A DNA stretch of 64,000 nucleotides, taken from NCBI GenBank assembly GCA_965285935.1, contig OZ260665.1:36084001-36148000 (forward strand), in the 5' to 3' direction. The position numbers were made by a program, and so were the translations under genes. Position 1 is the first letter of the stretch; each line of letters starts with the position of its first letter. Shown one piece after another: positions 13,501 to 22,700 of this stretch. The notes under the pieces were generated by a model, which ran no database searches, was not told the origin of the DNA, and saw only the letters and a list, made by a program, of their open reading frames with translations. This stretch comes from Ophelia neglecta (Eukaryota).

Positions 13501-15440
13501 TATTCGCTGAGGGAAACATCCCAACTCTACATAACATTATTTCCAACTGGAACAATGGTTGAATAACAGAAATTCGAAAGGGCCGATCAGTCCTGAGAAT
13601 GACAAAATGAAACTTTGTATTTAAAGGGGCATCAAAAGTAAACGAAATCCTTTGCAATGTAATACAACAATACTTACTACTGGGAGATCATTCTTATTTT
13701 GTTTCAGAGGTTAGAGTGGAAAGACCGTGATCAGGTATGGTGTGAAGAGCGCTGGCCACGTATTATAATAGGCGAGGACGAGGACAGCTCGAGCAATAAT
13801 ACCCTCAGCCCATACCTCACCTATTGTATCTACGACCACCCTCTTCGTCGGATCTACTACACAATCCAGTTCTCTGTGAGACTTTACTTATTATATATTT
13901 TGCGCATTTCATCCGTTTGCAATTGGTGGAAGCAGCTTCTTTCAAACGTCTTGAATCTGTATTAAACATGAATATAGTTCAACGTGTCAACAGTGATTCA
14001 CGTTGATTAATAAAACTTATATGGTAAACAAATTAAACTAAAGAAACGTGCAAAAAGTTCGAATCGTGGTAAGGATTTCTTCACCCTTGCTACTGCATCG
14101 ATGTTTGCAGCAAGTTTTAGTGCCATTTTCCCGCCTTTTTCCTTATCAGATAATGTATTTGGTGCCCGTGGTGGTGATGACACTGGCGTTTTCAGTGATT
14201 ACCTGTAAACTACGGACGTACAATATGCCGGGCAACATGACTGACAGCATTTTGGAATACCAAGAAAAGACAAAACGACGGGTAGGAATGTTTACGTATT
14301 ATTAGCATATTTAATTTATTTAGAGATATACCAGAGAAACATTTTAAGTCCTTTTTACGATGACGTATCTAGCATCAAATGAGCAGTTATCAAAGCATTC
14401 AAAGAGGAAACCATTTTATATCTTACTGAGAAATGAAAGCGATAAACATTATTTAAATCGCTATATACACTCTAAATCGAATTGTTGGAAAACCATGCCT
14501 GTGAACTCCTTGTATTAGAATTGGTATGAATATGTCTTTCATGTGCTTGGTGGGATATATCTCTTTGTCGAGAGTTCATGTCTTATCCATATGTTATCTA
14601 ACTTGCATCCCTAATTATTTGAAGGTGATCCGTAGACTGATTTTTGTGTTGCTGGCATTTGTAATTTGCTGGACGCCTCATTTGATACTGTTAGTGTACA
14701 ACGCGCATTCCCCAGAGGAGGTGGCCGAGGTAACGAGGAAATTAAACATATTTCAATTTTCATTCCAATGAAAATAATTTTGATTTTATGCCCATGAAAC
14801 ATATAATTATAGATGTGATAAACCATACATCCCACACCCAGTTCTATATACACCATATACCTGTTGTCGATTACATTGTGAATGGTTTAGTTGTCTATTC
14901 CAGATTCCATCCTGGATTCCGTATCTTGCCCTATATGCTGCGTATTTCAACAGTGCACTGAATCCTTTTCTCTATGCCGGTCTGAATAAAAATATCAGGA
15001 AAGGCATGAAGCATACCATAGGGTGTGGATGTTGCAAGAAGAACAAAATTGAGCCACGTGAGTATCCACTTCACGTTGATTTTTGTTCTCTCATCGGCTA
15101 TTAATAGGCTTCTCGTTTTTTACATTTATCTTTACATCATTAATAGGATATTCTTATTAGAACAACCTGTTAAACCTGTGTTATTTATTTGTTAGTCGGG
15201 GCCGAGTCGCATCCCTCCCATCCCCGGGATAATCAGGAACATGCCACTGCTGTGGGTTCAAATCGACATACCAAAAGGAAACACTCATCCCTTTTGCATA
15301 CGCCTGCTCTACTTCCCCCGTCAACAAAGAGCAAACGGAAAAGATCGGTGGTACTACTACCAACAATCACCGAAGATGAAGCGGAACGCATTTCACCAGC
15401 ACCAGTGGAAAAGTCAACTTCGGAGAAATCTATCCAGTAA
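10137..15440 (+). CDS. GPCR2: tandem paralogue of GPCR1, class A neuropeptide-type GPCR, about 476 aa. join(10137..10581,13221..13402,13708..13875,14150..14281,14625..14729,14904..15057,15196..15440); alternative in-frame ATG at 10080
   Basis: GT-AG phase-compatible junctions. Motifs GN, NLAVSDLMV..FCMWVH (shared with GPCR1), WPF..C, ERF, WKDR...CEE.WPR, CWTP, NSALNPFLY. Confidence 0.9.
11665..12050 (-). mobile_element. Decayed 3' end of a CR1/Jockey-group LINE ORF2 in GPCR2 intron 1
   Basis: Translation LLRRRQ...TLFNPGEVCDWKSF resembles the LINE C-terminal L..RR...SFFP.T..DWN.L pattern. Confidence 0.4.
13221..13402 (+). CDS. GPCR2 coding exon 2 (TM3 ERF, TM4)
   Basis: Acceptor ttattgacag; ISGERFFAIIYP; donor CAG|GTTAGA. 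Confidence 0.92.
13708..13875 (+). CDS. GPCR2 coding exon 3 (ECL2)
   Basis: Acceptor tttgtttcag; RLEWKDRDQVWCEERWPR...IYYTIQFS; donor GTGAGA. Confidence 0.9.
14150..14281 (+). CDS. GPCR2 coding exon 4 (TM5, ICL3)
   Basis: Acceptor ccttatcag; IMYLVPVVVM...KTKRR; donor GTAGGA. Confidence 0.9.
14625..14729 (+). CDS. GPCR2 coding exon 5 (TM6)
   Basis: VIRRLIFVLLAFVICWTPH; donor GAG|GTAACG. Confidence 0.9.
14904..15057 (+). CDS. GPCR2 coding exon 6 (TM7, helix 8, CGCC candidate palmitoylation cluster)
   Basis: Acceptor ctattccag; FNSALNPFLYAGLNKNIR; donor C|GTGAGT, phase 1. Not in the ORF track. Confidence 0.92.
15196..15440 (+). CDS. GPCR2 last coding exon (C-terminal tail)
   Basis: Acceptor tatttgttag; phase 1 joins the ORF 15189..15440 frame; Ser/Thr-rich; stop TAA. 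Confidence 0.75.
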
Positions 15441-15574
15441 AATACAGCGGTGTATTTTATTAAAATAGTCAAAGCAGCAGTTGTAATATACCCACTAACG
15501 TTATTATCTAGTAATAACTATTCATTGTTATTCTTTTATTGTTCATTGCTGCAGGAATATCCTTTGCAATTAGC

Positions 15575-15925
15575 CGAATTCAAACAGCAAAGAGTTTAGA
15601 CTAATCGGAATCATACGACAGTTGGCGATTTGATTCAGGTACGACCAGTCGTCAATGTTTGCTAAAGATCGCCAACTGCAGTCGCATAATAGTCGTAGCT
15701 CATTCTGCGATTGGTGGTACGTGTTCGTGCGATCACCAATGACTCGAGAAGATCGATCGCAAGAATGACTAAAGGCAATTGTACGACTTGCGGAGACGAT
15801 TGGCGACCATCGCGCGATCACCGTGGCGACCTGCAACCAATCGTTGCGATCTGTGACTGATTCGCTCTGCAAGTCTCGAATCAGATTGGCATAGTTGCTT
15901 AGAAGGACCGCCTCTGAATCCAATG
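15575..15925. mobile_element. CpG-rich MITE-like element between the GPCR2 and calmodulin 3' ends
   Basis: Abrupt CpG enrichment; repeated CGATC/GATCG/GCGAC motifs; degenerate inverted ends (ctaatcggaatcatacgac vs gtctcgaatcagattgg). Confidence 0.45.
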
Positions 15926-16256
15926 AAGCACTCCGTAATGGCGCTTTCTTCTCTCGTTGCACGGGAGCGATCCCCCACGACCTGGGGGTGGGAGTCTGGA
16001 TCAAAATGTGGAACCCGGGACTCAAGGGTCCCCTGCCCCCCCCCCCCTCAAAGGATCAACCCACCCGCATAAATCCGCCAAATGCTGCAATGACCACGAC
16101 CTCTTTATTTTAGCCTGACGATTCTGTTGTCGCCCATTCGCTCTCGTTCCAATTACCCAGGGAAAAGATATATAGCTTTATATATTCTGAATCACTATAC
16201 ACTTCAATTTTCCAGAAGGAAGCTATATAATTATTAATTATAAAACACAGTCATGT

Positions 16257-16279
16257 AATAAAAACATACAAAATTTATT
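16257..16279. terminator. Adjacent AATAAA hexamers on opposite strands (candidate poly(A) signals of the convergent GPCR2 and CaM-like genes)
   Basis: AATAAA on + at 16257-16262; TTTATT (AATAAA on -) at 16274-16279. AT-rich context lowers specificity. Confidence 0.3.
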
Positions 16280-16730
16280 TAACAATTCGTATACAAATAA
16301 ATACATAAACATATAAAATGATCAACGCTCGTTTAAAGGGTTTTGTTTTCGCAGAAAGAGAGCTGGCCCATGTGCCTGAATATACATATTCTTAGTGTTG
16401 AGAATTGGAATAATACTATTAATATAGTTATATAATTAATTATTATAATAAACGATCTACTTTAGAGCACAGTCAGTCATGATATTGACATCAACTGCTG
16501 TTGTCTGGTTTAAAATAATATTATTATTCTTATTAATACATTCATGCATGCACACTTGGTCGATATCCATGCTCCATAAGATATATACTGATATTTCATG
16601 TTCACTTCCATTTTTTGCATATTTAAAATGAAAAATTGCAAGGTTGGTACATTTTTGGCAAAAACATACGCTTTTATAATAGAAGACTGGAGATTATTTT
16701 TACAACAGAGACAGGCGTCCACCATTATAT

Positions 16731-16759
16731 TTACTTTATGGTCATCATGGTCACGAATT
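16731..16759 (-). CDS. CaM: Calmodulin-like gene 1 exon 6 (EFVTMMTIK*)
   Basis: Acceptor tcattgcag; matches the CaM C-terminus; stop TAA. Confidence 0.93.
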
Positions 16760-19700
16760 CTGCAATGATACAGTACATATTTAACAGGTTGATATGTTCA
16801 GCAACTCTCAAATATAATTTGAGATGCAAGAATGTTGAAAACTACACTGTTTAGGGGTCAATTTGGAGCTAGGTTTTTTAAAATCAAGCCAATATAGGTC
16901 CACAATTTAATGAAGTTTGTTCATGAACACTCCTTTCTTGACCTATTATCAAGTATGATTATCCAAATAGAATAATTATCTGCTTTTAAATTAATTACCG
17001 CTTTGTACTAACCATGCACACATTGGTGAGATTCCTTTCAGAAGCCTTCTGGTCCCTCGGGGGGGGGGGGGGGGGAGGCACCCCCATATATGGCCAGGGT
17101 AGGAATGCTCCGCGGTAAAGAGTATCTTTTTCACGATTATTACTTAACACATTGGTATCTTTTTCATAAGGGTGCTATCATATGGGTCCCTTTTCACAGT
17201 TATGCCATCAAATGGGTCGTCACATATTTTTATTAAGGAGCAAAGATGGATTGGATCAATTTATAGCTAGGTTTGTAATAATCAAGCAATATGACCACCA
17301 TTAACTCAGTTTAGCTAGGTTTGTCAAAATCTTATCATTAGGATCGAATTTTCAGCTTTTCTGGAGAATTTTTCTACACAAAGGGTAGGCCTACAATTTT
17401 CGAAAAAAAAATCTGTCAAAAGTGTACCTTTCTGAAATATACCTATCAACTGGGTATATTTTTCGAAAACAATTTCGTCAAATGGTTATTTTTTCAGGAC
17501 ATTTTCTATCATAATGACCCCTATTTTTAAAGCTGCGCGGAGCATCCCCGCCCTAAAGTATAGGAAGTCCCCCCCTCCCCCACCTGGCTACTCGTATTCA
17601 CTAATCAGCCATCACACAAAGAGTTACACGAACAAATGCAAGTCTATTATGCATCAGTCACAGATCAAAAAAGATATCACCTAATTTAGTAGGTTAGTAG
17701 GGCCTAGTACAGGGATCAATGAAAACCTCTATTTTGATCTAGGAGGAAAGATGTGTTTGAAAGCAGTAGCAACTTCCATCTCCGGTTCCCATGTTCTGTC
17801 CTCTCCAAATGTTTTACCATGCACAAAAGACATCAAAAACTTTGTAGTCAGCCTGCTGGTTTATGTATAGTCACGGAAAGCAGTTATAAGCTGTTAATTA
17901 TAAAATTGCTGCGCTGTACACCATGTGGGTTAGGATGCCACTAAATGATATTCCCTAAATACATCTCGTGTTAGTAGGATCCCATTCCCCTCATGGCGGT
18001 AGATGCCGGCCTTTGAGAAAATTGGACGAGCAAAATTACTAAAATCTGAAAATATCGGAAGAAATATGAGTGAAAGCTGCAACAATTTAATTATACATGG
18101 ATGTTTGTACAAGAAGGTGAGGAAAGAGTGCCATTTAACCTATAATTATAGAATGCTGCCGTGCATGAATGTTATTGAAAATAGCTGGTGGGAACATCAA
18201 TTAACATATGGGACGATTTAAATGGTATGGGGCACGGGTATCAACAATCCGCCCTGTTTTTTTTTCTAGCAAAATTGCTCCATGCAGGAGGTGCCTTGAA
18301 GACACATGACGGTTGTCCTCCCCGAGAGTGTGATATGTACGTTCAAGCCCTTCTATCGGAGGGTGGAACTAGGCCCCTCTCTGGGACAGGGAGGGTCACC
18401 AGGCCCGTCTCTATGGAGGGTCACACCAGGCCCCTCTCAGGGAGGGACACTAGGCCCGTCTCTGGGAGGTTCAAGCTAGGCCCCTCTCTGGGAGGGACCC
18501 TAGGCCCGACTCTTGGAGGGTCAAACCATGCCACTCTCCGGGAGGGACACTAGGCCCGTCTCTTGGAGGGACACTAGACCCGTCCCTGGGAGGGTCAAGC
18601 CAGGCACCTCTCTGGGAGGTTCACGCCATGCCCGTCTCTGGGAGGGACATTAGGCCCGTCTCTGGGAGGGACATTAGGCCCGTCTCTGGGAGGGTCAAGC
18701 CAGGCACCTCTCTTGAACAGTCACTCATCCCACGTCCTACTATATTTCCCCAACATTAAAAAAAACTAGCCGTGTGCAGGACATCGAAAGCGCCGCCTGT
18801 TGTTAGGACATTATACTACATCAATACATAAATGCTACCAATCAGCAGTATACAGATCAACAGTACCAGATGATACGTTACCTTCATAGTTAACCATGCC
18901 GTCTCCGTCTAAATCCGCTTCCTTGATCATCTCGTCCACCTCATCATCTGTTAATTTTTCACCTGGAAAATAATCCAAGCATGACTGTCCACTTTAAATG
19001 ACATGCATGGCACCGAGCGCCCCCGTTACATTTTATAAGAATGAAGTAATGGCTGTATGATTCATGACCAGAATAATTAAAATATAACCACTATAACATA
19101 GGAACCTTAGATAAGGTTAAAATACCTACAGTAGGTCTAGGGGGGAAACCTAGGTCTATTTCCGTGCATTTTATTATTAGCTTATTAGTTGTGGTTGAGA
19201 ACGATCGCAAATTAAGAAGTAGCAGAGGTGTCTGAGAAATTCCTTGACCGCAGCATATATTACATGAATGTGTCAAAACCCGCGATTAACCAATATCAAA
19301 TTCAGTGGACTTCGATAGCTTTACCATATTGTATTGTTTTAGTAGTACAATACAATACATACATACATACATACAATACATTACAATACATACAATACAT
19401 ACAATACATACATACAATACATACATACAATACATTCTTATACAAGTGTAATAACCTAGATTGGTCATGACATGTCGGAGTTCGGCAGCGCTGATGTAGC
19501 CGTTACCGTCCTTATCAAACACCCTGAAGGCTTCCCTCAGCTCCTCCTCGCTGTCGGTGTCCTGCATCTTCTTAGCCATCATGTTTAAAAACTCGTCAAA
19601 GTCAATATTTCCGTTCCCTATACCAAATTATATAAAAATATACACTCAATTCGCAAAAACCATAACCATTTATAGGGTACTCTTGTTTTTTTCAGCACTA

Positions 19701-22700
19701 TATAACTAGTTATCATCAAGGGACTGGCTTAAGGTGACCACATTAGCAAGGTTCCCCCTATTACTAGGCAGTGGTAAATGGAGAAGGGTTAGAAAAGCAT
19801 GTCCTTAATGGGCAGTTGACCTTATTACACAGGGGACCGCTAAGGCAGGTTTGACTGTAGTTAGGAAACAGTTGGAATTAATTTCCAATTTCAAGACATT
19901 GTTAACCTGATATAAATCATTGAATTAACTTCGTTAACGTTATATGCATCTACTTTGACACTGGTATAATTATAATTCTTTCTCTTTAGAATATTATAAA
20001 CAACGATCATTAATATTATTGCGATGCCTGTTAATCTGTTGACCTGTCGGATGTGCTTTGTTTTAAGACATGATTTGACATAGCTAGGGAGCTCACCGTC
20101 TGCGTCCACCTCGTTGATCATGTCCTGGAGCTCGGCCTCAGTCGGGTTCTGTCCGAGGGACCTCATCACCGTCCCTAGCTCATTGGTCGTTATGGACCCA
20201 TCTCCGTCCTTGTCAAACAGCGCAAACGCCTCCTTAAACTCTGAAATCAAGTCATCATTAGCTTCATTATATACGAATTATCAAAGAAGTAAATATAAAC
20301 ATAAACAGCCCCATAATTTAGTGCACAAGTATAATTTACTAAATTAGGTTAATACCGGAGCCATTCCAAAGCAATAATATTCCAAGTGTATACATATCAA
20401 AAAACTGAGGCCATAATTGTATTATCTTTGATATATGTATATTGTATTTTCGCATAAAAAGGCGGTAGATCAAAGCTTTCATAAAAAGGCGGTAGTTCAA
20501 ATGAATCATTCTTTCCCCAGCAGGCTCTAGGGATCCACCCCCATCCCGGGGGGGGGGGGGGGGCGAGAACACGATACAAGTGCCGCTTAAGGTAGCAAGC
20601 ACCTGATTGTTTCAACAACGAACGAGGGTAATTATATCTTCAAGGTTGTGGGACAATAATATGCCACAATCTTTGCATGGGGACAGGACCTGTACATAAC
20701 ATATCTGTACAAACTTCTGTTTCAGTACACTGTTTCCACAGCACTGACCTGAAGAAATTATTACGGATTTTTGCGCTTCTTTAATTTGCCTATATTCTTG
20801 AGAAGCTCTATTACATTCAAGGAATTCGCACGCAGGTAAAAACTACTTTTTGCTTTCGACCATGTGGATTTGTTTTGATAATACATCATAAATTATCTTT
20901 AAAGGTTTAAACATATATTGGTTGACTTCCGCTATCTCCTCAATGTATCAACCTTTGTGATACACACTATTCTTCTAGCGAAATCAGAAAAGCATTTCTA
21001 TGACATATATAGAGATACCTCACTCCTTCGACTTGCTGTATACGCCTTATAAATTCAGCTAATTTGGATAATAAGTCCTCCATAGTATATATAGTAATTA
21101 TATCGGTTACCGCTCGGTGTCACTGTCCAATTTAGCTTTTTCCTAAAGGTCATCCTGAACGTTGTATAGAAGCATTTTCCAGACCATTGGTCTCAGTAAA
21201 ACCTTGATTAATGAGGTATTCCGTGTGCATATTGATTTATAGTACAACCCCTGGACAGGGCTGAGCCTGACTCGCTCCTCCTCCACCTATCTGTAACCTT
21301 TGATATTGTTGATCCCAGGGTGCTACTTCAGGAGATGCCAAGTCACATCACAGTGAATGGCTCAGCCCTCCAGTGGTTCCAGTTATATTTTTAGGGGCAG
21401 ATGTCATAAAGTGATAGCGTTGGAGGTGAGACGTCACATGAATGTCCCTGACCTGTGGATTACATCCGGGTTCAGTCCGGGAACCCATTCTCTTCTCGGT
21501 ATATACACTGAGCTTTGGAGACATCATCACCTGGCACAATCAATCTTTCCAGCTGGATGCAGATGACACACAGTTGTAAATAACTGTTTAATCCTCTAAT
21601 TTACATGAGTCTTGCGATGAACTTCAGGAATACATAATGGATGTCAAGTTAGGATAAACAGAAAATTGTCAAAACTGAATGCTGATAAAACCGAGTTCCT
21701 AATCAACGATTCCTGATTCCGCAGTTACCTTTTTACTACCAATATTCGGGTTAGAAATGGCATCATTGAACTGGCCAATCATGTGTTCTGAAATTAATAC
21801 GCGGTATGACGTTACAATGTGCCTTGAAGACCACATCGGCCAGGTGAAATAGTCTACTTATTTTCATCTGAGACAAGTAGGAGTTCAGAAAGAAATAGTG
21901 CTAAACGCTTAATTGTCGCACACACCTTTCGCATCGACTCCCATAATTCGTTGTAAGTTGGATTTCCGGCTTACAACAATTTCAGAGAGTCGAGAACTCT
22001 GATGCCAGAATAGAAATGGAGGCCCCATACTGAAGAACGGAATTAGCTTCCAACGTTTTAGAAAATATACTTTAAAATATGTCTCCGTGTATTCAAGGCG
22101 CTGTAAGGACAATCACCGTCATAACACAGCAAGCTGCTGGAAATGGACCCTCCTTCTCAAACTTATAAAATCATTAAAACATATTTTTCTCGGCTCAGAT
22201 ATTTTGGTTTAGCCGTCCTTATTACATAGTTGCTTTTGAATGATGTATGTAAAATCAGAAAAGTCTAATAATCCTTTTTTTTTCGACAAGCATCGAGTGC
22301 TATTGATATAAATTATATTTGTTGAAGACACTTTTGTGTCAATGTAAAGTTACATTCTTTAATGAAAATGAGCAAAGATTATGTAATCCACTTAAATTTA
22401 TTCGTGCAATGAAAAAGTGCTAAAATTAATAAATAAGTATAGTTTAAATAATTGGCGGTAGCCTGCCACGTGCGGGCAGGGGAAAGTTGCATGCAAGACG
22501 CCACACTAAATTGCTGCTTGAGGCTTCAAGGAAACAAATGATAGAAGAGACTTATACGCCGGTAGAATGCTATCATGATTCCTCGGGTACAATTATGTGA
22601 AAGAGTATTGGGGGTGAGTCAACTTTCTTTAATATTAGTCAATAGGTCGATGTTAGTTGTGAGGTCTTAAAACAGATTGCGATTTTGGGGGAGTGTTAGA

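Noticed and set aside
15570-16025. 151-aa - strand ORF
   Set aside because: Coincides with the CpG-rich MITE-like element; TTG start and no recognisable domain.
18188-18553. 121-aa ORF with TRPLSG repeats
   Set aside because: Translation of the 24/26-bp minisatellite, antisense in a CaM intron.
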